A stretch of DNA of 64,000 nucleotides from Caldimicrobium sp. (GCA_037443245.1 JBBIOT010000001.1:436572-500571); one strand, 5' to 3'; counted from the stretch's first letter, positions 1 to 11,456 are shown. Translations and numbers: made by a program. The notes: generated by a model from the sequence alone, not told the origin.

Positions 1-9
1 TAAGGAAAA

Positions 10-774
10 ATGGGAAAAGGAGGTTTATTGATGCTTGAAGGAAAGGTGGCCTTAATTACGGGAGCTTCAAGGGGGATTGGGCGAGCTATTGCCCTTGAGA
101 TGGCTAAAGCTGGGGCTGAGGTAATTGTTAACTACCTTAGCTCGGAGGAAAAGGCCAAAGAACTCAAGGATCTCATAGAAGGGTTAGGAGGGAAGGCTCA
201 TCTGGCAAGGTTTGACGTAGCTAACCCTGAAGAGGTTAAAAAGGCTATCAAAGAAATTGAAGAAATGGGTCTTGCCATTGATATTTTAGTGAACAATGCC
301 GGCATCACCCGAGATACTCTTTTTCTGCGGATGAAGCCCGAGGATTGGGATGCAGTGCTCCGCACAAACCTTTATTCCGCCTTTTATGTTACCCAGGCGA
401 TTCTTCCTTTTATGCTAAAGAAAAGATGGGGGCGAATTATCAACATTTCTTCGGTGGTGGCCTTTTCTGGGAATGTGGGGCAAGTTAACTATGCTTCGGC
501 CAAGGCGGGGTTGATCGGGTTTACCAAAGCCCTTGCCCTTGAAGTAGCAGGGCGAAATATCACCGTGAATGCCATTGCCCCAGGGTATATTCATACAGAT
601 ATGACGGAAAAGCTTCCTGAGAAGGTTAAGGAAGCCTTTTTAAAGGAAATACCTCTTGGTCGGCCGGGTCTTCCGGAGGAAGTAGCCTATGTGGCAACGT
701 TTTTGGCCAGCGAAAGGGCAAGTTACATCACAGGTTCAGTTATCCATGTGAATGGCGGGCTCTTAAGGTGGTAA
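10..774 (+). CDS. fabG: 3-oxoacyl-[acyl-carrier-protein] reductase (SDR family)
   Basis: 254-aa ORF. SDR signatures: TGASRGIG cofactor site, NNAG, catalytic Y-x3-K in NYASAKAG. Length typical of FabG. Confidence 0.9.
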   Translation: MGKGGLLMLEGKVALITGASRGIGRAIALEMAKAGAEVIVNYLSSEEKAKELKDLIEGLGGKAHLARFDVANPEEVKKAIKEIEEMGLAIDILVNNAGITRDTLFLRMKPEDWDAVLRTNLYSAFYVTQAILPFMLKKRWGRIINISSVVAFSGNVGQVNYASAKAGLIGFTKALALEVAGRNITVNAIAPGYIHTDMTEKLPEKVKEAFLKEIPLGRPGLPEEVAYVATFLASERASYITGSVIHVNGGLLRW

Positions 775-783
775 AGAGAAAAA

Positions 784-1845
784 ATGATAACCATTGATGG
801 CTCCTATGGGGAAGGGGGAGGACAAATTTTGAGATCCTCCCTTACCCTTTCTCTTCTTACGGGCAAGGCCTTTATAATTTATAATCTGCGGGCAAAAAGG
901 AAAAAGCCTGGTCTTAGACCCCAGCATCTTGCTTGCGTTTGGGCCTGTCGAGAATTAACCCAGGCTAACACCGAAGGAGAAGCTTTAGGCTCAACAAGGC
1001 TCCTTTTTATACCCAGAAGAAAGCCTGAACCTGGCCATTATTTCTTTACTATAGGGACTGCTGGCTCAACTTCTCTTCTTTTTCAAACCCTTTTTTTACC
1101 CTTGGCTATGACTGGCGATAGTACCCTTATCCTTGAGGGAGGAACCCACGTACCCCAAAGCCCCCCTTTTCATTATCTTAAGTTAGTCTATCTTCCCCTA
1201 CTTTACCTTATGGGCTTTAAAGCTGAGCTTACTCTCGTGCAGGCTGGATTTTATCCCCAAGGAAAGGGAAAAATAAAGGCTATAATTAAAAGGTCAACTA
1301 AATTAGAGCTACCCAATTTTCCCTCTTCCTTGACTTTGGAAGAAATAGAGATTATTAGCCTTATTAGCAAATTGCTACCCAAGCATATTCTTGAAAGGCA
1401 AGCTTATTCAGCCTTTAATTATCTTAAAGAAAATTGGTCCGTCCCAAATATCTCGGTAAGAACTACCTTAGAGGAGGTAGAAAGTGCTTCTCCAGGGACC
1501 ATGTGTTTTATTGGACTTAAAGGAAGGCTGTTGCGAGCAGGTTTTTCAGCCCTCGGTGAAAAGGGACTTCCAGCAGAGGAGGTGGGTAAAGCCTGCGCCA
1601 AGGAAGCCTTGGAATTTCTAAAAACTGGTGCTCAAATGGACCCATACCTAGCGGATCAGATCATGCTTCCTTTAGCCTATGCCCTTTATCTTGGTTACGG
1701 TGAAAGATTTAGCTACACAACGTCCCGGATTACCAATCATCTGGTAAGCCAGGCATGGCTTATTCCTCATTTTTTTGAAGGAATAAAAATATCTTTAAAT
1801 GAAGATAAAGAAGGGAAAGGGGTAGTAAGCCTTGAAAGAAGCTAA
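784..1845 (+). CDS. rtcA: RNA 3'-terminal phosphate cyclase
   Basis: 353-aa ORF. The N-terminal block DGSYGEGGGQILRSSLTLSLLTGK...NLRAKRKKPGLRPQHL is typical of RtcA cyclases. Starts 10 nt after the fabG stop. Confidence 0.85.
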   Translation: MITIDGSYGEGGGQILRSSLTLSLLTGKAFIIYNLRAKRKKPGLRPQHLACVWACRELTQANTEGEALGSTRLLFIPRRKPEPGHYFFTIGTAGSTSLLFQTLFLPLAMTGDSTLILEGGTHVPQSPPFHYLKLVYLPLLYLMGFKAELTLVQAGFYPQGKGKIKAIIKRSTKLELPNFPSSLTLEEIEIISLISKLLPKHILERQAYSAFNYLKENWSVPNISVRTTLEEVESASPGTMCFIGLKGRLLRAGFSALGEKGLPAEEVGKACAKEALEFLKTGAQMDPYLADQIMLPLAYALYLGYGERFSYTTSRITNHLVSQAWLIPHFFEGIKISLNEDKEGKGVVSLERS

Positions 1846-2974
1846 CGAATTTTTGGAAGAGTGTTACCGATCTAATCCTTATTTAAAATCCTATTCTCTT
1901 GAAGATTGGCTTTCGGCCTTAGCCAAAGAAAAACTTGTTCTTAGTAATTTTAAAGGAAAAAGCTTTTTTCGGCTGAATAAGGAATTTAGAAACCTACCTT
2001 TGGGCACGGTTTTTGGAAAAAGCTTTTTTCTACCGGGGTATCCCTCAATCCCTCGGATCTTTGTCCTGAAAACTGGTCTGCTTCGCTATTTAGAATATCC
2101 CTTTTATGCGGAAGAAAAGATTGAGGGCTACAATCTTAGGCTTGCTTTGGTGGAGGATGATATTTTGACCTTCACTCGTCGAGGGTATGTGTGTCCCTTT
2201 GCTTACGATCGTTATCGGGATTTTCTGCCAAAGATTGATGATTTTTTTTACAGATTTCCTCAGGTAATTGTGTGTGCTGAACTTGCCGGCCCTGAAAATC
2301 CTTTTGTTTCCGAATGGCCACCCCAGGTTAAAGAAGATATAAATTTCTTCGTCTTTGATTTCTACGACCTGAAAAAGGGTGGATTTCTTCGTGTTTCAGA
2401 GAAGATAAAACTTTTAAAAAAGTATGACTTTCCTCATCCTGAAATTTTCGGTCCCCTTCATCCAGAGAGGGATTATTATAGAATAAGGGGAATCATCCTG
2501 CGTTACCATAAAGAAGGTCGGGAGGGACTTATTTTTAAACCAGAAGAAAAAGGTAGACGAGTCAAGTATGTAACCCCCTACTCTAACCTTGCGGATTTAA
2601 GGGTAGTGTTTCCCTATTTAGGAGAGGTGGAGCCTAATTTTGTCTCTCTTAGATTGATAAGGTTAATCCTTAATCTTTACGAATTCCCAGAGCTTAAGGA
2701 TGAAGTTTTTTCTGAGGTAGGGAAGGCCATGTTTGCCGACGCTTTAGCTCAGCTTCCCCTTGCGCAACCATCTTCGGAGATCTTTCAGGTGCGTTTTCGT
2801 TCGGAAACCAACTTCTATGCCCTTCTTTCTCATTTCAAGCAGGCAAGGGTTAACATAGAAATCTTGGAAAAGACCTGGCAAGAGGGATATTTTAAGGTAA
2901 AGTTTAAAAAGATTTATCCTCGGGCTACTCAATTTTGGAGGACAAAGCTTGAAGGCTGGGGAGAGGTGGATTAA
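1832..2974 (+). CDS. ATP-dependent RNA ligase, Pab1020/Rnl3-like
   Basis: 380-aa ORF overlapping rtcA by 14 nt. Nucleotidyltransferase motif I is EEKIEGYN. FTRRGYVCPF, CAELAGPENP, VKEDINFFVFD, REGLIFKP and KYVTPYSN are colinear with the archaeal Pab1020 ligase as I recall that sequence. Confidence 0.8.
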   Translation: MKEANEFLEECYRSNPYLKSYSLEDWLSALAKEKLVLSNFKGKSFFRLNKEFRNLPLGTVFGKSFFLPGYPSIPRIFVLKTGLLRYLEYPFYAEEKIEGYNLRLALVEDDILTFTRRGYVCPFAYDRYRDFLPKIDDFFYRFPQVIVCAELAGPENPFVSEWPPQVKEDINFFVFDFYDLKKGGFLRVSEKIKLLKKYDFPHPEIFGPLHPERDYYRIRGIILRYHKEGREGLIFKPEEKGRRVKYVTPYSNLADLRVVFPYLGEVEPNFVSLRLIRLILNLYEFPELKDEVFSEVGKAMFADALAQLPLAQPSSEIFQVRFRSETNFYALLSHFKQARVNIEILEKTWQEGYFKVKFKKIYPRATQFWRTKLEGWGEVD

Positions 2975-3665
2975 TTATTATCCAGCCTATCTTAACCTTG
3001 AAGGAAGGCTTTGTTTGGTAGTAGGAGGAGGAAAGGTAGCAGAAAGAAAGGTGCAAACCCTTCTTTCCTGTGGAGCAAAGGTGGTTTTGGTCTCCCCGGA
3101 AGCAACACCTAAACTAAGAGATTTAGCGAAAAAGGGGCAAATCATCTGGTTTCCAGAACCCTTCAAGCCTGAACATCTGGAAGGGGGATGGTTAGTCTTT
3201 GCTTGCACCAACGATAAGGGAGCCCAACGGGAGGTCTTTCGCTTGGCTGAAGAAAGGAAGATCTTTTGCAATGTAGTGGATCAGCCAGAACTATGCTCCT
3301 TTATTGTGCCTTCTGTGGTCAAAAGAGGAAGGCTTCAGCTTGCCATTTCTACCTCGGGGGCAAGTCCAGCCTTGGCTCGCAGGCTGAGAGAAAGATTAGA
3401 AAAAATTTTTGGAGAAGAATACGAGGCTTATTTAGAGCTCATTCATTTAGCAAGGCAAACCATTCTGGCTCAGGACCTTCCTGAAAAGGAAAAGGAGGTA
3501 AAATTGCAAAGACTTGCCCTAATTCCCTGGGAAAGATACCTCAAAAATAAAGATTATCCTATAATAGAGGCCATCCTTAAAAAGGAAGGCCTTGAGGAAG
3601 TATTTAGAACTTGGGTAGAACTTTTTGGCGATAAAGCTTCCAAAGATAGAGAAAAGCTGGGCTAA
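2949..3665 (+). CDS. precorrin-2 dehydrogenase / sirohydrochlorin ferrochelatase (siroheme synthase N-terminal type)
   Basis: 238-aa ORF with a TTG start and GGAGGA about 8 nt upstream. Rossmann motif LVVGGGKVAERKV and CysG-N/SirC/Met8-like layout. No methyltransferase domain. Confidence 0.75.
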   Translation: MKAGERWINYYPAYLNLEGRLCLVVGGGKVAERKVQTLLSCGAKVVLVSPEATPKLRDLAKKGQIIWFPEPFKPEHLEGGWLVFACTNDKGAQREVFRLAEERKIFCNVVDQPELCSFIVPSVVKRGRLQLAISTSGASPALARRLRERLEKIFGEEYEAYLELIHLARQTILAQDLPEKEKEVKLQRLALIPWERYLKNKDYPIIEAILKKEGLEEVFRTWVELFGDKASKDREKLG

Positions 3666-4155
3666 AATCTTTAGGGCTCTTTTCCATCCATTCTTCCAGC
3701 TCGGGAATAGGGATGAACCTACCTTCAATTATTTCACGAGGATTTGGTTTAGGAAATTTTTTAGTTTTTCCCACAAAGAGAACTACGCATTCAAAATTGG
3801 TTTCCGGACAAGCCTTAACATGTAAAACTTCGGTAAGCTTAACATTAAGACCTAGCTCTTCTTTCAATTCTCTTTTAGCCGCAACGAGAGGACTTTCTCC
3901 TAAACCAATGTGGCCCGAGGCCGAAGAGTTCCAGAGGCCAGGATTTTCTTCCCGATCAAAGGTTCGTTGATGAATGTAAAGCTCGCCCTCTTCATTAAAT
4001 AAGAAAATATGGACTGAACGGTGAGGCAATTTTTTGAGATGAATTTCTTCCCGGGGAAGAATTGTCACCGGATTGCAGGATTCATCTACAGCCTCTAGTT
4101 GTTCCTTCTTAATAGCTAATAAGCTTTCCTTGGGAAGTCTTCCCTTTCTTTTCAC
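3604..4155 (-). CDS. NUDIX hydrolase
   Basis: 183-aa ORF with Nudix box GHIGLGESPLVAAKRELKEELGL. Its 3' end overlaps the convergent upstream gene by about 60 nt. Confidence 0.8.
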   Translation of the reverse strand: MKRKGRLPKESLLAIKKEQLEAVDESCNPVTILPREEIHLKKLPHRSVHIFLFNEEGELYIHQRTFDREENPGLWNSSASGHIGLGESPLVAAKRELKEELGLNVKLTEVLHVKACPETNFECVVLFVGKTKKFPKPNPREIIEGRFIPIPELEEWMEKSPKDFSPAFLYLWKLYRQKVLPKF

Positions 4156-4199
4156 TGTTCCCCGCTGGTTTTAATTTTTTAATAAATTTTTAATAAAAA

Positions 4200-6578
4200 T
4201 TAGTTTTGGGTTTTTTCTTTAATTACTATTTCTCTAACCTCATCAAGATGTTTTACCAAGAGAAAGTTAATTTTTTCTCGTAGTTCTTCAGGAATCTCCA
4301 CTAGGTCCTTTTCGTTCTTCTGAGGGATAATCACGTTTTTTATCCCTTTGCGAAGAGCGGCTAAAGATTTTTCTTTAATCCCACCTACGGGCAATATCCG
4401 ACCGCTAAGGGTAATTTCTCCGGTCATAGCGTAATCCTTGCTAACTGGTTTTTGAGTTAAAGCCGAGATCAAGGCAATCGTCATGGTTAAGCCGGCACTG
4501 GGGCCATCTTTGGGGATTGCTCCTGCGGGAACATGGATGTGGAAGTCGTATTTATTAATAAATTTTGGATCAAGTCCAAGCTCTTTGTACCTTGAACGAA
4601 TATAAGAAAGGGCTGCCTGGGCGCTTTCTTTCATTACCTCACCTAAGGATCCGGTAAGGATTAATTGCCCCTTACCAGGCATAACCAAGGCCTCCACATA
4701 AAGCACCTCTCCCCCGTAGGGTGTCCAGGCAAGACCCGTTGCCACCCCCACTTCATCCTGCTCAAGCTTCATCTCTTCCAAATATTCTGGAGGTCCTAAA
4801 TAATCAGCAAGGGCTTCAGGCACAATTTTAAAAGGCCCTTTCTCTCCTTCCGCAATCTTTCGAGCAATCTTTCTTAAAATTTGCGCAAGCTTTCGTTCAA
4901 GTTCTCGCACTCCCGATTCAGAGGTATACTCTTCAATTATCTTGAGAATAACTTCATCGAGGATGTGAATCTTTTTCTTAGTTAGCCCATGTTCCTTAAG
5001 GAGCTTAGGGAGAAGATGCCTTTTGGCTATTTCTAATTTTTCCTTGAAGGTATAACCTGAAAGCTGGATAACCTCCATTCGGTCAAGAAGGACGGGAGGG
5101 ATGGGCTCAGTCATGTTGGCTGTACAAATGAAAAGGACTCTGGACAAGTCTAAGGGGACATCAAGATAATGGTCCACGAATTCTTTGTTCTGTTCCGGGT
5201 CTAAAACTTCAAGTAGAGCGCTGGCAGGGTCGCCATGGAAATCCCGGCAAAGTTTATCCACTTCATCCAGCATGATGATGGGGTTCATCACTCCAGCTTG
5301 CTTGATGGCTTGGACAATCCTGCCTGGCATAGAGCCCACATAGGTCCTCCGATGCCCGCGGATCTCAGCCTCGTCCCGTAAACCTCCCAAGGCTATCCTC
5401 ACAAACTTTCTCCCTAAAGCCCTGGCGATGGATCTTCCAAGGCTCGTCTTCCCGACTCCGGGTGGGCCAACAAAAAGAAGAATGGCTCCCTTAGCTTCGG
5501 GGTTTAGCTTTTTCACCGCTAAAAATTCAATTAGCCTTTCTTTAATCTTTTCCAGATCATAATGATCTTCGTCCAAAACCTTTTTGACGTGTTTGAGAAC
5601 TAAATTATCTTTTGTAGCCTTACTCCAAGGAATCTCTATTAACCACTCAAGATAGTTACGAATAACAGCGGCCTCTGAAGAATCAGGATGCATAAACTCT
5701 AATCGTCTAAGTTGTTTTAGAGCCTCCTTCTCTACAACTTTAGGCATCTTGGCTTGTTTAATCTTCCGTCTGAGTTCTTCAAGTTCACTTTCCACATCCT
5801 CATATTCGCCAAGTTCTTTTTTAATGGCCCTAAGTTGTTCCCTTAGAAAATATTCTCTTTGGGATTTCCCAATTTCTTCTTGGGCCTCAGTCTGAATCTT
5901 ATTTTGCAATTTGGTAATTTCTATCTCTTGGAGGAGAAGCTCGGTAACCTTCTTAAGCCTCTCTACTCCGTTTAGAATTTCCAACAATTCCTGAGCAACT
6001 TTAACCTTTAGCTTCACATACATAGCAATAAAATCTGCTAAGCGGCCTGGCTCCTCAATGGATTGCAGAAAATTAGCAAGCTCTGGATTAAGTATCCCCT
6101 TTAAAGAAAGAAGTTGTTCTAAATTCTGCTTGGCGTTCCTCATTAAAGCTTCTACTTCTGGGGTGATAACCTCCAGTTCTTCTTCCCGACAGGGAGAAAC
6201 TTTCACCCGAAAATAGGGATCAATCTGGAGGTATTCCTCAATCTTTAGGCGGGACAAAACTTGCACCACAATTTTCAAGCGATTTTCGGAAAGAGAAAAG
6301 GTCTTAAGAATTAAGGCCAAAACCCCTATTTCATAAAGATCTTTCGGTTTGGGATTTTCAAGACGAGAAATCTTCTGCGTCGCAAGGGCAATTAACTTAT
6401 CCTTGGCTAAGGCCTCTTCTACAGCTCTCAATGATTGAGGCCGGCCCACATAAAGGGGAATAACCATGGAAGGGAAAAGGACGATGTCTCTAATGGCCAT
6501 CAAAGGGAGCTCTTCCGGAACGTCAATAACTTCGCCTTCCGAAAGCTCTGGTAAAGTAAATTCCAAATCCTCTCTCAT
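4200..6578 (-). CDS. lon: ATP-dependent protease Lon
   Basis: 792-aa ORF. LON N-domain, Walker [10 protein letters not shown], Walker [10 protein letters not shown], protease serine in PKDGPSAG. Confidence 0.95.
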   Translation of the reverse strand: MREDLEFTLPELSEGEVIDVPEELPLMAIRDIVLFPSMVIPLYVGRPQSLRAVEEALAKDKLIALATQKISRLENPKPKDLYEIGVLALILKTFSLSENRLKIVVQVLSRLKIEEYLQIDPYFRVKVSPCREEELEVITPEVEALMRNAKQNLEQLLSLKGILNPELANFLQSIEEPGRLADFIAMYVKLKVKVAQELLEILNGVERLKKVTELLLQEIEITKLQNKIQTEAQEEIGKSQREYFLREQLRAIKKELGEYEDVESELEELRRKIKQAKMPKVVEKEALKQLRRLEFMHPDSSEAAVIRNYLEWLIEIPWSKATKDNLVLKHVKKVLDEDHYDLEKIKERLIEFLAVKKLNPEAKGAILLFVGPPGVGKTSLGRSIARALGRKFVRIALGGLRDEAEIRGHRRTYVGSMPGRIVQAIKQAGVMNPIIMLDEVDKLCRDFHGDPASALLEVLDPEQNKEFVDHYLDVPLDLSRVLFICTANMTEPIPPVLLDRMEVIQLSGYTFKEKLEIAKRHLLPKLLKEHGLTKKKIHILDEVILKIIEEYTSESGVRELERKLAQILRKIARKIAEGEKGPFKIVPEALADYLGPPEYLEEMKLEQDEVGVATGLAWTPYGGEVLYVEALVMPGKGQLILTGSLGEVMKESAQAALSYIRSRYKELGLDPKFINKYDFHIHVPAGAIPKDGPSAGLTMTIALISALTQKPVSKDYAMTGEITLSGRILPVGGIKEKSLAALRKGIKNVIIPQKNEKDLVEIPEELREKINFLLVKHLDEVREIVIKEKTQN

Positions 6579-6847
6579 AAGCCTCCCTGTTTTAGTAGTT
6601 CTCGGATTAGATTTTTATATTCCTCTTTGACTTCAAAGAATTCTAAATTTGGGGACTTCTTCTCAATCAAACCCAAATTTTTTAACAATTTAATACCTTT
6701 TTCTACCTCTGACAAGGGAAGGTATAGCCTTCTGGCTATAAACTTGGGGAAATCTCCCGCTTGATAAAATATTTCTTTTAAAATTTGTTGCTCCCTTTTA
6801 TCAAGACAACCTATTAAGAACCTAACTTTCTTATCAGGTTGGAACAT
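6575..6847 (-). CDS. small hypothetical protein (possible winged-helix)
   Basis: 90-aa ORF bridging the ABC ATPase gene and lon with 14-nt and 4-nt overlaps. No nameable motif. Confidence 0.45.
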   Translation of the reverse strand: MFQPDKKVRFLIGCLDKREQQILKEIFYQAGDFPKFIARRLYLPLSEVEKGIKLLKNLGLIEKKSPNLEFFEVKEEYKNLIRELLKQGGL

Positions 6848-7511
6848 ACTCTTTCACAATCTGACCATCAAGTATCTCTATAACCCGATGGGCAAATCTG
6901 GTGAGAGACAGATCATGGGTTACTAAAAGGATCGTAGTGCCCTCTTTGTTAATCTCTGCTAAGAGCTCCATTACTTTGAGGGTATTTTTACTGTCTAAGT
7001 TGCCCGTTGGTTCATCGCAAAGGAGGATTTTAGGGTTATAGGATAAGGCTCGGGCGATGGATACCCTTTGCATCTCCCCACCCGAAAGCTCGTAAATCGG
7101 TCTGTTTTCCTTGCCAGAAAGCCCAAGGGTATGCAAAAGACTTTGGGCCTTGCTTTTGGCAGTAGAAAAATTTTCTCCCTTATGCAATAGCGGAAGCATA
7201 ACATTTTCTAAGACTGTCAACTCCGGGATAAGGTAATGAAATTGGAAAACAAACCCTATCTTATCCCGGCGCAATCTTGCCAAGGAAGTTTTATCCGCAA
7301 AGTTTATCCTTTCTCCCTCCAGCCATAGGGTTCCGCCTGAGGGTTCATCAAGCAATCCCAAAAGGTATAAAAGAGAACTCTTCCCTGAGCCTGAAGGCCC
7401 GATAAGGGCCACAAATTCGCCCTCTCTAATCTCTAAATGGATATTTTGCAAAATCCTTTCCCGAGCAATAAATTTGCTTAACCCTTCGGCCTTGATAATC
7501 CAATCCATCAA
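6834..7511 (-). CDS. ABC transporter ATP-binding protein (LolD/MacB-ATPase type)
   Basis: 225 aa. Walker A GPSGSGKSS, signature LSGGEMQRV, Walker B LLCDEPTGNLD, H-loop VTHD. Confidence 0.9.
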   Translation of the reverse strand: MMDWIIKAEGLSKFIARERILQNIHLEIREGEFVALIGPSGSGKSSLLYLLGLLDEPSGGTLWLEGERINFADKTSLARLRRDKIGFVFQFHYLIPELTVLENVMLPLLHKGENFSTAKSKAQSLLHTLGLSGKENRPIYELSGGEMQRVSIARALSYNPKILLCDEPTGNLDSKNTLKVMELLAEINKEGTTILLVTHDLSLTRFAHRVIEILDGQIVKEYVPT

Positions 7512-8752
7512 TAGCTTCGGAAGATTTCTACAGGATTTAAACGACTTGCTTTATAAGAGGGATAAAAACTTGCTCCTATGGTAAAAATTAAGGTAAAAAG
7601 TAGGCCTAAAAGATAATTTCTCACCGAACGATCAAGCATAAATCCTTTGCTTCGGATTAAGCCCTCAACGCCAATTTCTACCTGAGCTAAATAGCTTTCT
7701 AAGAGATAGGCTAAAATGATGCCCAAAATACTGCCAAGGATCCAAAGAACTATTCCACAGAACAAAAAAATCAACACAATTTCTCTTGGTTGGTAGCCCA
7801 TAGCCAGAAGAATGGCAATTTCTTTTCTCTTATCCACCACCATCATATAAATAATATTAAATATTCCAAAGGATGAAACTAAAATAATGGCAAAAACAAT
7901 CATATAGGTGATAATATTTTGGACTTTAAAAATTTTTAAGAAGTTGAGATAGGCCCTTTGCCAGGATTCTACCTCATATCGGATCTCTTTACCGATCTTC
8001 CTTGCCAGCTCCTCGGCCCGGTTCACATCTCTTATCCTAAGGGCAAGCAAATTTACTTCATTGGGACGATCAAGAAGAGACTGCAAGGTTTTAAGGGGAA
8101 GATAAATTCTAGTATTATCAATGTTGGTAATTCCGGAATTAAAGAAGTCTTCCACCTTCATAAGTTTAGTAGCTCCATTAGGGAAAGTTAAAAGGACCTT
8201 TTTGCCTATTTCTTTAATTCCTAAATCTCGGGCGATGATGGCTCCTAAAATCAGGGCTTCGGGATTGCGACTAAGGGTGTCAAGCCGCTTTAAGGTCAAA
8301 AATTTTTCAATAGAAGAGGCCTTAGCTTCCCTTGCCGGCTCAATACCAATGAGACTTACTGGTTTTTCTTTGGCCCCATATTTTATTACTCCCTTAGCCT
8401 GAAGTTGATAGGTTACCCCAATAACTTCAGGATAGCTTTCCAGTTTCTTAACCAGATCCCGCCATCCTAAGATCCTGTCCTTTTCTTTGGGTTTGGCCCC
8501 TAAAACCTTGACTAAAGCTTGGGGATCAATAACTTTGATTATTCTTTTTTCATCCAACTCCTCTTTAGGCTTGATCATCAAATGGGGTTCAAGATCTATG
8601 ACTTGCTGGATAAAATATTTTTGGAAGCCAAACATTAAAGAACTCATGACCACAAAAGCGGTAAAGCCAATGGCTACCCCAAAAAGGGCAACCAAGGTCT
8701 GTTTCTTCCTTTTACGAACCAGAGCAAGGGTCAAAAAAAAGATAGCTTGCAT
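7508..8752 (-). CDS. ABC transporter permease, LolC/E-FtsX family
   Basis: 414 aa. N-terminal TM, large extracytoplasmic loop, three C-terminal TMs. 4-nt overlap with the ATPase gene. Confidence 0.8.
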   Translation of the reverse strand: MQAIFFLTLALVRKRKKQTLVALFGVAIGFTAFVVMSSLMFGFQKYFIQQVIDLEPHLMIKPKEELDEKRIIKVIDPQALVKVLGAKPKEKDRILGWRDLVKKLESYPEVIGVTYQLQAKGVIKYGAKEKPVSLIGIEPAREAKASSIEKFLTLKRLDTLSRNPEALILGAIIARDLGIKEIGKKVLLTFPNGATKLMKVEDFFNSGITNIDNTRIYLPLKTLQSLLDRPNEVNLLALRIRDVNRAEELARKIGKEIRYEVESWQRAYLNFLKIFKVQNIITYMIVFAIILVSSFGIFNIIYMMVVDKRKEIAILLAMGYQPREIVLIFLFCGIVLWILGSILGIILAYLLESYLAQVEIGVEGLIRSKGFMLDRSVRNYLLGLLFTLIFTIGASFYPSYKASRLNPVEIFRSY

Positions 8753-8778
8753 GCACTAAAAATAACGTGAATAAAAGC

Positions 8779-9303
8779 TCATTTTTCTCCATTATGCTCC
8801 TTGGCTAAAAAGTAAAGGGCTAAAGAAATTAACGCTATCCCTACAGATAAATAGAGCAGGTTCATTATTTCTTCATACTTAATGGAGATAGCATGCTTGA
8901 AAAAGGTAACTACTAAAAGCATAATGATTACTTTTCCAAGCTTATCTTTTAATTGATCTAGGGAATGAACCACTAAAATCTTTGAAGATTTGGTGTCCTT
9001 TTCTAGGTGTTCAATCTTACTGATAAACAATTCATAAAGCCCCAAGCCAAAGATAAACAAAATTGTGGAAATTAAAAAAAAATCAAGGGCACTGATTACC
9101 CTAATAATTACTTCCTTGTGAAATTTTTCGCTATCTTCAGGATTTAAAAAGAACTGAAGAAATTTACCTAAGAGAGTCAAAATATCATAAGTTCCAAATA
9201 GTAACAAAATTACAGCAGCAAGGACTGAAGAGATTACCGCTAAAACAATTAGCAACCGTGCTTCCCATAAAATCCTTTCAAAAATCCGTTCAAGTAGCTT
9301 CAA
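8779..9303 (-). CDS. YqhA/UPF0114-like membrane protein
   Basis: 174 aa with about four hydrophobic segments. The family call rests on layout and N-terminal similarity only. Confidence 0.5.
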   Translation of the reverse strand: MKLLERIFERILWEARLLIVLAVISSVLAAVILLLFGTYDILTLLGKFLQFFLNPEDSEKFHKEVIIRVISALDFFLISTILFIFGLGLYELFISKIEHLEKDTKSSKILVVHSLDQLKDKLGKVIIMLLVVTFFKHAISIKYEEIMNLLYLSVGIALISLALYFLAKEHNGEK

Positions 9304-9327
9304 TTCATTCCTCCTTTTGGGTCCCTC

Positions 9328-10443
9328 TCATTTAGGGATAAAAACTTCTTCACCTTCCGCAAGGCCTGATAGGACCTCTACATATTCCCCAAAAGTTTCT
9401 CCAATTTTTACTTGTATTTTTCCTCTTTTCTTGCTTTCCACATAGGTTTGCTGAAGGGCCTTTTTAGGTAAGACCAAGGCCAGCCTTTCCTTAACTAAAA
9501 TATTGGCTTCACAGGTAGCCTGAGCTGGGAGCTCAGGAATGGCCTCCACAACCTTGGCCTTGGCTTTAAAGACAAGTTTATTTCGGTCAATTTCTGGGAT
9601 AGTTTGGTAGACCTCGCCAGTGATGACCCTATGGGGAAGGGCATCAAAGCTTAGATAAATCTTTTGTCCTGGCCTAACCAGAGAAGCATACTCTTCATCT
9701 ATCTCCAACCAGACCTCTACATCTTTACTTCCCACGGAAAAAAGCTCGCTTTTGCCAAAGGTAGGGGTGACAAAATCCCCAACCTCCACATATTTGTTAT
9801 ACACCCTGCCTTCTAAAGGGCTTCTAACTAAATATTGTCTGTACTCATTTCTAAGGGCTTTTATTTGTTGAAGAAGGGCCTTTTTTTCGGTTTGGAGGCT
9901 AAATATAGCATCTCTCAGAGTGCTATCGGCCTGTTCTACCGCTTTTTGCGCTAACTGATACCCCCTTTCTGCTTCCTCTAATTCTTCCTTAGCTATGAGG
10001 CCCGCCTGAAAAAGTTCTTTCCGACGAAGATATTTACTTTCTGCATGCCGAAAATCAGTCTGCGCCTTTTCTAAATTTTTACGAAGCACCTCTAAATAAG
10101 AGGAATGAGGGGCTAACCTTTCTTCTACAAGATTTAGCTTAGCCCTTAATTCTTCTATTCTTTCCACAAGTCCAATGGGTTCAATCACCGCAAGTAGTTC
10201 CCCAGTCCTCACTAAATCCCCTTCCTTGACGAAAACTTTCTGAACCCGTCCGGAGACCTCTGTTTTAAGAACAACAAAATCTTTAGGTCTAAGATAACAA
10301 GAAGCATAAACTAAAATTTTAATGGGTTTTTTTTGGACCTTGTAGATCTCTTTTGACCAAAATTTAGCTGAGGATCTAAAAATTAGAAAGAGGAGAAGGG
10401 CAAGGCCTAAAAGGATGGTTATCCCTAAGTAGAACCTTTTCAA
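9328..10443 (-). CDS. HlyD-family membrane-fusion (periplasmic adaptor) protein
   Basis: 371 aa. TM anchor, lipoyl-like hairpin [17 protein letters not shown], long coiled coil, beta-barrel C-terminus. Confidence 0.8.
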   Translation of the reverse strand: MKRFYLGITILLGLALLLFLIFRSSAKFWSKEIYKVQKKPIKILVYASCYLRPKDFVVLKTEVSGRVQKVFVKEGDLVRTGELLAVIEPIGLVERIEELRAKLNLVEERLAPHSSYLEVLRKNLEKAQTDFRHAESKYLRRKELFQAGLIAKEELEEAERGYQLAQKAVEQADSTLRDAIFSLQTEKKALLQQIKALRNEYRQYLVRSPLEGRVYNKYVEVGDFVTPTFGKSELFSVGSKDVEVWLEIDEEYASLVRPGQKIYLSFDALPHRVITGEVYQTIPEIDRNKLVFKAKAKVVEAIPELPAQATCEANILVKERLALVLPKKALQQTYVESKKRGKIQVKIGETFGEYVEVLSGLAEGEEVFIPK

Positions 10444-11354
10444 TATCCAATCTCCCTTAACCTCTGAAAGATTTCTCTAAGCTCGGGAGTTAACTTTTTA
10501 GGCATCTTAGGTGTTAGAAGGATGTATAAATCACCTCTTTTACCATCCGGGGAAAGAAAGCCTTGATTTCTAAGCCTTAATTTAGCTCCAGGCTTTGTTA
10601 GCTCTGGCACCTTAACTTTGACCTTTTTCCCTTCAGGAGTGGTAACAGCGATTTCGCCCCCTAAAAAAAGGGTTGATAAATCCACTTCTTCTTCAAGATA
10701 AAGGTTGTTATCCTCTATCCTAACCCCACTTTTACTAATTATTTTTACCTTAAAATTATACTCTTTGACCACCCTACCCTTTTTCCGTTTGATGCGAAGG
10801 ATCTGTCCATCCTTAATACCGGCGGGGATTTTGATTTTTATGGCTTCCAGGGTATCGGGCAAAATAACCTCCCTTTCTCCTCCCTTTAGGGCCTCCTCTA
10901 CCGACAAGGGGAGATCTACCTCAATTCGTTCGTAATATTCTCCAAATCCTGCCTCTTCTTCTCCTCCGAATATAGTTCCAAAAAGATTGCCGAAAAGATC
11001 TCCTAAGTCAAAGGTATAAACTCTTCCTCCTCTCCTTCCACGGCGGAAAAACCCTGATAAATCAATTCCTAAATCCCGAAAAATATTTTCAAAATCAAAA
11101 TCCTTGAAGATGTCTTCTTGGGTATAGCGTTTTTCAAATTCTGCCGAGCCATACATATCATAAAGCCTTCTCTTTTCGGGATCAGAGAGAACCGCATAAG
11201 CTTCGTTGATTTCTTTAAATTTTTCCTCTGCTTCCTTATTACCACGGTTCCGATCGGGGTGATATTTCATAGCCAAACGACGATAGGCCTTTTTAATCTC
11301 TTCCTGCGTGGCATTCCTTGGCACTCCTAAAATCTCATAGTAGTCCTTGGGCAT
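10440..11354 (-). CDS. class II DnaJ / CbpA-like J-domain co-chaperone
   Basis: 304 aa. J domain with HPD (KYHPDRN), G/F-rich linker, C-terminal substrate-binding domains, no CxxCxGxG zinc finger. Confidence 0.85.
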   Translation of the reverse strand: MPKDYYEILGVPRNATQEEIKKAYRRLAMKYHPDRNRGNKEAEEKFKEINEAYAVLSDPEKRRLYDMYGSAEFEKRYTQEDIFKDFDFENIFRDLGIDLSGFFRRGRRGGRVYTFDLGDLFGNLFGTIFGGEEEAGFGEYYERIEVDLPLSVEEALKGGEREVILPDTLEAIKIKIPAGIKDGQILRIKRKKGRVVKEYNFKVKIISKSGVRIEDNNLYLEEEVDLSTLFLGGEIAVTTPEGKKVKVKVPELTKPGAKLRLRNQGFLSPDGKRGDLYILLTPKMPKKLTPELREIFQRLREIGY

Positions 11355-11456
11355 AACCTATACCCCAAATTTTACTATTACTTTCCTTTGTTTTTTAAAA
11401 ATAAAGCCAAAGCCACAAATTTCAATGAACTTTTATAAAAACTCCAAGGTTAAAAG

